Assembly (NCBI GenBank): GCA_002269645.1
Contig: NIVC01001034.1
Coordinates: forward strand, 34,060 to 98,059
Length of the DNA stretch: 64,000 nt
Direction: 5' to 3'
Source: Macrostomum lignano
Taxonomy: Eukaryota
In this document: one piece after another, positions 1 through 10,930 of the stretch
Layout: every line of letters begins with the position of its first letter
Numbering within the stretch: the stretch's first letter is position 1
Notes under the pieces: generated by a model
Told to the model about the DNA's origin: nothing
The model's input: only the letters and a program-made list of their open reading frames with translations
The model's database searches: none
Translations under genes and position numbers: made by a program

Positions 1-1026
1 CTACTATAAACTCACATGTACGATGTACATTACATTAGGCCCTACACTGATTACAGCCACGCCACAGGTATGCACGTCTGTTATCTGTATAAAGTTAGGC
101 CTAACACCAACCATTTAGGCTAGCCAGGGTATCCATTCCTTTTTGTGCCTCAGTTTGCTTTTTGTTGCCTAAATTCTAAATTATAATTCGACACAAAAAA
201 AGAAAAAGTAAAAAGTGAGCCCTAATTTAACAATTAACAATAGCTAAGTGCTTTGAAGTACTTTTTACTTTAAATAATTAAGGACCTTAGGACTTTATTA
301 GTTACCTTAGTAAGGTATTATTAATTTTCTTAAGCCAGCACTGATTTTTCAAAAAAGACAAACTATGCATACTAATTGAATATTTTTAATTTAACCAATA
401 TATTTGCATCTGTTTGATAGAACTTAGCCAAGCATACTTTCTACCTTAGGAATTTTTTATAGGCCTACTTATAAATAAAGTGGTAATATACTTTTTGGAA
501 ATTTGACACTTTGGGAATAATTTAAAATTATTCTTAATCTCTATAAATGCTATGTTATCCACAGATACTATAAACACTAGATAGGCCACTCCAGCTAATT
601 TTCACAACACGACAGTTTACTCTACTTTCTGCTTAGTAGTAGGAAAAACATTTTAGCTTGATTATTTATATTTTTTTAAAATAAAAAAAACAGATAAATG
701 CAATTTGCAGCAACTGTATTGATTTTTTTGCAAAAAGAAGCTTATGATTATACTTTCCACAATGCAAAGCAACATTGTGAATGCTTTAGATTGCATAGAA
801 GGCTATATTATTGCAGTCAACTATTGTATATTTAGCAAATACGAGCTATATCATATACTCCATAATCCATATTCGTGTAGCAAAATAGAAAGATTTCTCA
901 TCTTAATCAGCTCATCTGTTTGTGAAACTCGCAGCGTGCTGTCGAAGAACAGGGTCGCCAGTCGCCCTTGTTCAGAGGCAGCATTCAGAAGGGCCCAACA
1001 GATAGCCACGCCTCCACAGTCCATGG

Positions 1027-1669
1027 CCATAGTCAGGAAGGTGGCAGAGTGTGCGCCGGAACAAATTTTGGCCTCTCCCAAAATTGTGCACCGTGCGCCG
1101 ACACAAAAACCCTCGTGTGCGCCGTTGTGCGCCCACCACTACCTGCCTTGCGACAATAAAAGACCTTTTTTTACAACATAGCAACAATTTTTGTGCGCCA
1201 ATATTTTCAATAAACCCTACCCCTATAATATTTCTTATAGTTATTACTATGGTACAGGCATTCAAAGTAAAAATATATTTTTTAAAACAAAACAAACTTA
1301 AAAAGTAAGCAAATGGCAAAAACAAAGGTAAAAAGGAAAACGAAAATATTTTATTTTATTTTTTATTTTTTGGTAGAATGCAGTGTTACATTAGATAGAA
1401 CAGTGAATAGTGTACTGTAACAAGTAACGACTTACATTGTTACATGGGATCGCCACAAGGGTAACGCTGCATGTGGCGCGGCGCCTGCCGCACCGCGCCG
1501 CCATGCGCCGGTGTCCTCTGGTGTGCGCCGTTGTGCGCCGCTGTGCGCCAGTGCGCCGCTGTGCGCTGTTGTGGCGCGCCGCTGTGCGCCGTTGTGCGCC
1601 GTTGTGTGCCCAAAAAGGGCTTGTGTGCGCCGGAATTTTCCGACCAAACTGCCACCTTCCTGACTATGG
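1027..1669. mobile_element. Non-autonomous cut-and-paste DNA transposon (hAT/P-like), 643 bp
   Basis: Terminal inverted repeats CCATAGTCAGGAAGGTGGCAG (1027-) and CTGCCACCTTCCTGACTATGG (-1669). Exact 8-bp target duplication GTCCATGG at 1019-1026 and 1670-1677. Many subterminal GTGCGCC motifs at both ends. No transposase ORF. Confidence 0.85.
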
Positions 1670-1719
1670 GTCCATGGATGCACGACTGCGCTGCACTTGC
1701 CTTGACCATCGAGAGTTGC

Positions 1720-2098
1720 TGCTGCAGCCGCTTGATTCGCCTATCGCTTTCGGAATTGCCGCTGCAGCCGCTTGATTTGCCTGTCGCTTTCGGTATCGTT
1801 GCTGCAGCCGCTTGATTCGCCTGTCGCTTTCGGGATTGCCGCTGCAGCCGCTTGATTTGCCTGTCGCTTTCGGGATTGCCGCTGCAGCCGCTTGATTCGC
1901 CTGTCGCTTTCGGGATTGCCGCTGCAGCCGCTTGATTTGCCTGTCGCTTTCGGGATCGTTGCTGCAGCCGCTTGATTTGCCTGTCGCTTTCGGGATTGCC
2001 GCTGCAGCCGCTTGATTCGCCTGTCGCTTTCGGGATTGCCGCTGCAGCCGCTTGATTCGCCTGTCACTTTCGGGATCGTTGCTGCAGCCGCTTGATCG
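1720..2098. repeat. Minisatellite of ~39-40 bp units (GCTGCAGCCGCTTGATTCGCCTGTCGCTTTCGGGATTGCC-like), ~9 copies
   Basis: Direct tandem copies visible; explains the repetitive part of ORF 1741-2295. Confidence 0.9.
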
Positions 2099-3249
2099 TT
2101 GCCTCTAGCACTTGGAACCCGCGAATCGGCTGCAGAGGTGAGAGCTTTCAGCCGCAACAGCTGTTCTCGGCGCAGAATCTGGTAGCCGAAGGTTGCTCTG
2201 CCACAGCACTGGCAGCAGGCAAGTCGCAGGCTCGGCTGCAGATAGATTGCTAATTGGCCCCAGCACTGGAGGGTACATGTCGTCTGCCTCTTCATCGTTT
2301 ATCAGTCCTTTGCACAGAGGGTAGCTGGTCTATTTGAACGAGCCGAGGCAGCATCAACTCTTGGTGTGGGATTGCGTCCCAGCGAAAACAGATGTCTTGC
2401 ACATCCGTGGCACTTTGTAAGGCAGCAGTAGGCCTCGTCGATAAAGTGCAAGCTGAACACACATAGGCCCTGTGATTTAATTGTTTATAAAGGTGAATAT
2501 CCACGCTCCTGCAGTAGCTGCTGCCAGCGCTTCGCCAGTATCATCTTTTGGTAATTTATGCATTCGCAGCGGATTTTTCTTTCTCGGATGTTAATAGCAC
2601 TAGTACAAAGCTCGTGCAAGTGGGAGTACAGCAGTGGTTCGAATCAAAACATTTCTCGAGTACGAGATTAGATAGAAAAGCTAGTATGCACTCGAACTTT
2701 CTTTAACTCTGACTCTTGTCCTGTTTATCTAAATAAGCTTGTATTTAAGCACGATTTGCCACCCCCAAATTTTCTAAACCACAACCTCTCAATCCCCACC
2801 CCTAATCCAGGCTAGCTATGTGCAGTCCTTTATTTTCTATCCCACCACCAGTGGGCCTAAATTATCGATCCACTCACCCTGCCTTATACGAAACTGATAT
2901 TAACCCTATTCCAGACTACCCCCTTCCTCCACTTTGAAAGATAGCGGCATTGTACACTGTCTGTCGCGTCTTAATGTACACCATTACTGCACAAAACAAG
3001 TTAGTTGTTTATGGCGTTAGCGAAACGATGTCTTAAAAACAGTCACTCGATTTGTCTAATTTAGCAAATAATACTGTTGCTTCCTTTCATTGCTACTAAG
3101 CAGAAAGTAGAGTAAAAATCTTGCCCAGAAAATTAGCCTGAGTGGCCTATCTAGTGTTTATAGTATCTGTGATGTTATCATTCTATTCTAGCTTTCTAGA
3201 CCAAGCTTGCTTTGACATTACAAATGACATTACATAGGGTTTTTCTTCA

Positions 3250-6200
3250 ATTCCACCACTTAGCTACCAACTATGGTAGGGATGCTTCTTCTCACTATAA
3301 GTAAGTATTCTAAAAGGCTGCTACCAATGTTGTTAAAAGGCCAAACTTCTCTCTTTAAATCTTAATTGCTGTCACTAAAAGGTATCTACTAGGAGCTAAT
3401 TTATAATTTATATCTTTTGGGATGATCTTACATTCTTACAGCTATCACCAAGGTTGTTCTAATAATTCCTAGTACTTAGGGCCTATTTATAGTTTCATAT
3501 ATATTGCATGAATATTTTGATGGTATGGTATATTTATTTATTTACAGGCCTAAGCAGTCTTATGGCACTGTTTGCCCTATTAGGCTATTTTTATATTTCT
3601 ATTTTACTCCTTAAAAGGGTTCTTCTTTCAGTCCTAGGCATTGCTAAGATTAGAGGGTCGTAGCTTCTAAGCATTTTATTGCCCTGGGGCAATTTACTAC
3701 TCTAAGGCAATTTATTGCTCTAAGGTGATCTTTCTCACTCTACTTAGGCCCCCCTAGGCTAGTAATTCTTGATTTCAATAGTTCTAATTCTCCCAACTTG
3801 GGTTTCTTAGGCCTAATCCTTTAGAAATGAATAAGCTGAATCAACCTCACTGAACAATTTTTAGGATTATTAGAACTATTCAAAAGTAAGAGAAAGCTCA
3901 TAAAAAGAATAACTTTCTTGGTTCTTTTGGGCTTTCTATTATTTTGGGAACAAGTGTTATAGGCCTTTTGGCTCTCTATGAAATCCTACCGCTGCCACCA
4001 AGCTGTTATAGGCATTTTGGCTCTCTATGAAATCTCAACTGCTAACACCAATGCTGTGCTTGTGGTGCTTCTTCCTACTTTTATCAATTTTAATCCCACT
4101 AAATGCTACTAAAATCTGTCGTAGGGGATACTTCCTTCTTAATAATCTTACTGGTTATTATTTGCCTTTTACTAGTACCGCATGTACTTCTATTGGTGGT
4201 GCATGTACTTTTATTGGTAGCATCTGTACTTTTATTGGTAGTGTCTATACTTCTATTGTACTTTCTGGCCTAAGCGGTCTTTTTTTTGGCACTGTCTATC
4301 CTATCCCTATATTCTAAAGATATTATTCTCAGTCCTGGGCATTCCCAGGATCAGAGGGTCACAGTGTACTTTGCTGGGTATTCTGCCCTAAGGCGGGTTT
4401 CTCAGACTCTGAGTCCTGTGGTAGGATCTCTGCCTTCTAAATGTGGGTTACTAGACTCCTAAGTCTAGGATCTCTCTTTCTCTGAGAACGGATTGAACTC
4501 CCAATCTTGGGGCAACTCCAATGTCACTATCCACTACTCGAAATAAGTAACACAAGTGATCACCAGCCCAAGGCTGATTTAAAGCTTGATCAATGTTCGA
4601 AACAATGGTACAAGACCAACAAACAAGAAATGGTTCACAAGATTACTTATTTTGGCTCCCAGCTGACTCCTATTTATAGTAAAATTTTCCTAGTATTTAA
4701 AACAAAGTATTAATACATAGAATATTCAGAATATTTTGCATATAAGAAATATTTTTAATATTCGCATGGTATAACAATAGTACATTTTTTTTAAATGCAA
4801 CCTTTTCTAAGAAATTGTTATAAAAACTGGAGGCCTATTATACAAGTATTAAGCAAATATATCCAGAAAATATTATCTCATATTACAACATTAAAACAAA
4901 ACATTTTAGCAGAAATTTGAACATTATTTTTTCTAAGAAAAAAAGTTTTAATTATAGAAAAAGAAAATACTATAAAACAAATATTGTAATATTATAAGTA
5001 CACTACATCACTGACTATATTTATTTTTTTCAGTGCCAATATGAATATCAATCCTTTAGTAAGCAGCAATTTAGCTAGCTAAACTCACAAATTTATAATT
5101 TCCAATTTTACAATTTTGCAAAAAAACCTAATAGGACTTATCAAGATAATTCAATTTGCACTTAATTACTCTTTTTTGACCATTGACTTTAACTATTGAC
5201 TCTCCTTTTGTTGTTAATTAGTAGTGACACAAATCTCTAACTATAAAAAAAACAATATGTTTTTATGTCTGTCTGTATACAAATTTGTTTACTATGGCCT
5301 TTGGTATAGATTCCTAAACTGCTCAACCAAATTACACCAACTTTTGCACCTACCCTAAACTCATTATGGAGAATGTCTTTATGTCTTAGGCTACTATTAG
5401 GCTATTATAAAATTTCTTCAATCCAAGTCTTTCTTCCTATCTACAAGTAAAAGCATAAAAACTGCTAAAAGTATGATTTTTTCTAAATCCTTTATATCCA
5501 TAGCATTGCTCCACTTTTACCAATCCTCTTCAAATTTGACACAAGCAATCTTCAACTACTTTGACACAATTGTATAAAATGTTGAGTCTCAAAGTTAATG
5601 CTTAATGGCACTGTGCACTTTCAAAGTTAGTCTGCTTTTTGTCAGCAAGATAGCCACCCCAAACCTGTGCCTCTTTCCCCTTCCCTTATCTTATCTAGCC
5701 AGTGGCCAGATTACCTTTTGGCTATCATGTTTGATCCATATAAAGCAATTGACTTCAAACCTGATACAAAACCTTATTGACTCTTTATGTGTTTAAATAG
5801 TCTCACTTCCTTCATGTCCTATGTATATTAGAAAGCAAAATAATTGCTCTGCAATAAACAAATAGCTGTCTGTCACTTACCACTCTAAAAGCTTATTGGT
5901 TCACAATATAACTATTCAGACCTTTGGAATTAACATTGAGAGTTAAACAAGTTGATTGTTTGGGCAGGGGATTCTAAGAGAATTTACTAAGAGTATTGCC
6001 ATGACCCTCTAATCTTGGTAATACCCAAATTGGAAATCAGTGCATGCTTTGGCCATGATACATTAGTCACTAATAGAAGAATACTAAGACCAGAGTTAGA
6101 AAGTGCAACCATAGAAATTAAAGTTTAGTAGAGAAAGTAGATCTGGAACAACTTAGGTGGCAGCTCTTTTCTAAGATAAAGGTATATTGCCTGTCATAGC

Positions 6201-6300
6201 TGATATTAAATGAATCATTCTTAAGGATAGAAGATAAGAGCCATAATAATAGGCTCTATTGTTTCATAAAATAGCAAATTATATGAATTTTAAGCCTATA
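3250..6300 (-). mobile_element. Heavily decayed retroelement-like sequence upstream of the GAB coding region (probably its first intron)
   Basis: Three diverged copies of GGCATTCCCAGGATCAGAGGGTC at ~3630, ~4335 and inverted at ~6002; they read DPLILGMP-like on the strand beginning GACCCTC. Possible LTR end TGACA followed by a PBS-like TTGGAGTTGCCCC on - near 4525. Frames are stop-riddled and CpG is almost absent. Family not identifiable. Confidence 0.3.
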
Positions 6301-6440
6301 GGTAGGCTAAGGCTAACAAAAATTGGATTTCCAATTTATTAGTACATATTACTACTAAGTATGCTATAAAAAGAATAAATTATATTTTTATTGTAAATAT
6401 TTAAATTTTATATTATAAAATTTCAGAACTGAAAATCTGC

Positions 6441-9400
6441 ATGGATGACAAATCAATTGTCATTAACAAAGGGTGGCTAGTAAAGTCACCACCTGATTTA
6501 AATCGAAGTATTTTCAGGCACATTAAGAGGCCAAAAAAGTTGTTGCCTGTAAGTACACAAATGTATTTTAATCTGTTTAATGACTTATTTAATTAGTTAT
6601 TGCAGAAATGGATTATTTTCTGTTTCTTAATTTTTAATTATTATTCAGCTGATAAATTGATAATCTATTATCATGAGAGCCTTGTATTATATAAAAACAT
6701 TTTAGGCAGTAAAAATAGCTTTGAATTTTCTATTTTTTACTTGATCACTTTGCAGTAGGCCTGTTGCCAGTTGCCCTCACCAGTAGCCACCACTGATCTA
6801 TTTGTAGGCCTAGTAGTCTACTCAGTCACTTTTTCAGTGGGGCAGTGGGCATAACAACAATTCAAGGCCGTAATTGGTGTGCAACCAGCTGGCCACTAAG
6901 CACACTTATACGAAGTACTATTCAAATAGAAGGATAGAAAACTGCATTTCTTGAAAAACTTTAGAGGGCAGGTTTTACTGAAAATAAATCATAATGGACA
7001 TAAAAGGCAAACCCAATGCTCATATTTTGATATTTCTTATAGCTCTATTGATGTTTATAAAACTTTTTTATTTAGAAAATTATGATTCTTATAACCATAA
7101 AATCATAAAAATGACACAACTCAACTCATTGGTTTTTATTAATTTATTTTATTATTCTAAGCTCTGTGACTGTGCAACAAATGTGTAACAGAATGATAAA
7201 ATAGATTCATAAATAATAGTGAACCCTGCCTCCTAAAATTTTCTAAGAAACGGTAGTTTCACGTCTTACTTAAGTAGTCCTTGACTTACACAAGACGTAC
7301 AGCAGCCCTGGTTTCTGCATACTTGTTGGGTAGCGGGAACTCTACGCCTTGGGTGTTGGCTCTCATGGACAAATATCAAATTAATGTGTCTATGCATGGA
7401 ATCAAACTTGAGGGAAAGGTATACATTGGCACTGGACTCAGACGCGTTTTTAGAGGCTTTGGGCTGTCTCACAACTAACGAGATACGTTACTGCCCATTC
7501 CACTGACTCCAGTGCAGGCACACTCACACAGGAGTGTACAGCGGCCCTAACTTTTTTCATCGTTTATGGCATGTACACTTCACTGTCTTTGGTGGTTTGT
7601 CCTCAAGGGTGTTTATGGCGCGAGCAGAGCCAAGCCGAGATTTCAAATCAGCCCCAAATTAATGTGACTGCACTAGGAATCGAGCCTGGGTCGCTGGCAC
7701 ATCAGAGCGCCTGTGCTTGACCACTGGGCTACGGCCCCCTACATGTATTTTTCAATAAAGACAGCTTTTTATTCTAAAAAATTAAAAATAATCTGACTCC
7801 CGTTTTAAACAGAAATGGCGCCGGCGCTACTTTGAACTGACAATATCTGACAGTGGCCGCTCGCTTGCCTACTACAACAAGCCCGCCAGCAGCGCCGGCC
7901 CCAACGAGAAGTCTTCAGCTCGTAGTCATCGTCGTTTGAAAGGCAGCATCGATCTGGCCCGTGTGCGCAGCGTCGCAGTTCGTCATCGTCCGCCTAGCAA
8001 CGCCATGGCAACGCTGCCAACTAATCTCATACCGTGTCGACCGCGTCGCCAAACCGGCGTTGGCGTCGATAATGACGCCTACAGCGAGGAAGCTGTGTCG
8101 GATTCGGTTGCAGACTATTCAGAGGAGGCCGACTGGCTGCAGAGGTTATTGACCATCTTTTGCTTTCCATTAGGTTTTGAGTTGAAATCATCATTGTAAG
8201 ACTGAACTTCCCCATTTTTAGAGTCGAGATCCTATCGTTGGAGTCGAAATCTCCATTGTAGAGTCGAAATCCCCATAGAGTCTAAATACCCATTGAGTCA
8301 AAATCCCCATAGTTAGAGTCGAAATCCTCATTGTTAAAGTCGAAATCCTAATTGTCAAATTCGAAATCCCCATTGTTAGAGTCGAAATTCCCATTATTAG
8401 AATCGAAAATCCCCAATGTTAGAGTCGAAATCATCATTGTTAGAGTCGAATTCCCCTTTTTAAGAGTAAAAATCCCCATTATTAGAGTAAAAATCCACAT
8501 TATTAGAGTAAAAATCCCCATGCTTATAGTCTAACTCCCCATTGTTAGAGTCGAAAATCCCATTGAAAAAGTAAAAATCCCCATTGTTAGAGTAAAAATC
8601 CCCATTATTAGAGTAAAAATCCCCATACTTATAGTCCAATTCCCCATTGTTAGAGTCGAAAATCCCATTGAAAAAGTAAAAATCCCCATTGTTAGAGTAA
8701 AAATCCCCATTATTAGAGTAAAAATCCCCATACTTATAGTCTAACTCCCCATTGTTAGAGTCGAAATCCCCATTGTTAAAGTCGGAATCCCCAATGTTAG
8801 AGTCGAAATCCCCATTGTTAGAGTAAAAACATCCCATTTTTAGAGTGGAAATCACTTTCTTGAAGTCGGAATCCCCAATCTTAGAAAAGAAATCCTCATT
8901 CTTAAAAGCGGAAGGCCACATTCGAAGAGTCGAAATCCTACAGTTACAAGTCGAAGTACCCATTCATTCATAACTAATAAGAATCTTTTTGTCTGAAAAT
9001 TCTCCTTCGCAATCAAAACACGCTCACGCAGGTGCGCTTTCTCCGTGCTAGTATCCGGCGATCCAAACAGAAGCCGGTGCGACCAGCGGCGCTATCATTT
9101 CCTAGCCGACAATCCGGCCGCCGCTACGCGCTGGGTCGAGGCGCTCTGCCGAGCCTGCGGCCTGCACTCAGCCGTAGATCTTGGACCAGCTGGCCTGGCG
9201 GCGCCTGTTCTAGCTGGCGCCGCCGCCGCCTCAGCGCCGTCAAGCTCAACTGAGGTCGCAGCGGCAGCTTCGGAGGATTACATATACTTGTCAGCTACTA
9301 CTACTAGTGTATTCTCGTCTGCCGCTTATGCTGGTAGGAATCCTGGCATAGATTCTTGCGATGCTACTGCTAGTAGTAGTAGTTTCCCTGTAGCTGAAGG

Positions 9401-9662
9401 CTACGTCAATATACCGTCCGAGCGGGCTCCTGTGGCATCGGCTACTACTGAGCTTCGTCAGCAAAACAACGACGTAGAAAAAGACGAATCTATTGGCCTT
9501 GGCCATGCTAACGGTCTCAACTGCGATGGGGACGCCGGCGATAATTCACTGCCGTTGCCGCGCCGACGACGCGATACAAAATCTACTTCGTCGAATTCTT
9601 CGGCACCGACTGATAATGACGGCGATGAGATCGACACTGTCGGTGGCCTCCAGTTCCCTGTA

Positions 9663-9703
<41 letters not shown>

Positions 9704-9753
9704 GAGCGACAGACAGACAGACAGACAGAAAGACAGACAGACAGACAGAGAGC

Positions 9754-9823
<70 letters not shown>

Positions 9824-9858
9824 TACTAATACAGACAGACAGACAGACAGATACTAAT

Positions 9859-9915
<57 letters not shown>

Positions 9916-10277
9916 TACTAATACAGACAGACAGACAGAAAGACAGACAGATACTAATACAGACAGACAGACAGAAAGACAGACAGATACTAATACAGAC
10001 AGACAGACAGAAAGACAGACAGATACTAATACAGACAGACAGACAGACAGATACTAATACAGACAGACAGACAGAAAGACAGACAGATACTAATACAGAC
10101 AGACAGACAGAAAGACAGACAGATACTAATACAGACAGACAGACAGAAAGACAGACAGATACTAATACAGACAGACAGACAGAAAGACAGACAGATACTA
10201 ATACAGACAGACAGACAGAAAGACAGACAGATACTAATACAGACAGACAGACAGAAAGACAGACAGATACTAATACG

Positions 10278-10310
<33 letters not shown>

Positions 10311-10629
10311 GCCAAGACTGTCAAGGAGTTGGCTACTGTCAGAGACAAAGCAGACATAGCATTGGGCCAGTCAGTGTGATGTAGAAAATCTTCAAATATT
10401 TTCTGTACTACTGTTTCTTCAACTACACAATAAACTGCCATCCCAGGCTAACTATGCCCAGTTGGACATCGGCGAGATGCGGCACGCCTCGGCCGAGGCT
10501 CTGGCTGTCACTGCCGCTTTGTCGTCTACCCTCGGAGGTGCCAAGACGTCGGTTGCCATGCCAACTGTGGAATACGCTACCGTCGACGCGATGCGCACGC
10601 TGGCCTTGGCCGAGATGACGAGTAGCTAA
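6441..10629 (+). CDS. GAB: GAB/Daughter-of-sevenless family PH-domain docking protein, ~416 aa
   Basis: Exons 6441-6548, 7813-8144, 9032-9659, 10447-10629 are GT-AG bounded and phases sum to 1251 nt. N-terminal PH motifs [24 protein letters not shown] and YHFLAD...[11 protein letters not shown]-terminal tandem Tyr motifs NYAQLD...VEYATVD..RTLAL resemble the GAB1 SHP2-binding pair. Confidence 0.85.
7425..7740 (-). mobile_element. tRNA-headed SINE copy
   Basis: On -: A-box TAGCCCAGTGG and B-box GGCTCGATTCC, followed by the core AGGGCCGCTGTACAC shared with copies at 31.7, 43.8 and 44.7 kb. Confidence 0.75.
8205..8960. repeat. 21-bp minisatellite (GAGTCGAAATCCCCATTGTTA) in GAB intron 2
   Basis: Tandem units; source of spurious ORFs 8352-8963. 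Confidence 0.9.
9666..10310. repeat. (GACA)n microsatellite with periodic GATACTAATAC interruptions, GAB intron 3
   Basis: Directly visible. Confidence 0.95.
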
Positions 10630-10664
10630 CGCTTTAGTTAATGGGTACCTTCTCGTATGCTTCA

Positions 10665-10930
10665 CCTAATGGGTAGATAAGTTTTACCTAATGAGTAGAT
10701 AAATTTTACCTAATGGGTGGATAAATTTTACCTAATGGGTGGATAAATTTTACTTATAGGTAGCTAAAACTTTACCTATGAGTAACTATTGCTTTAGTTA
10801 ATAGGTAGCTGATAGCTGAAGCGTTACCTATTAATAGCTAATGCTTTACCTAATCGGTAGCTAAATTTTATCTAATGGGTAGCTAGTAAACCTATTTTTA
10901 GCTAATAAGTAGTTGATGAGTACCTAATAA
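10665..10930. repeat. Degenerate ~21-bp repeat (TTTTACCTAATGGGTAGATAA) just after the GAB stop codon
   Basis: Four to five good copies, then decaying copies. Confidence 0.7.

Noticed and set aside
10311-10379. Extra GAB exon beginning right after the (GACA)n tract
   Set aside because: All three frames hit stops before 10385; the acceptor at 10446 gives a clean in-phase join.
10552-10565. X-box-like GTTGCCATGCCAAC (and a half-site near 8005)
   Set aside because: Inside GAB coding exons and explained by codons.
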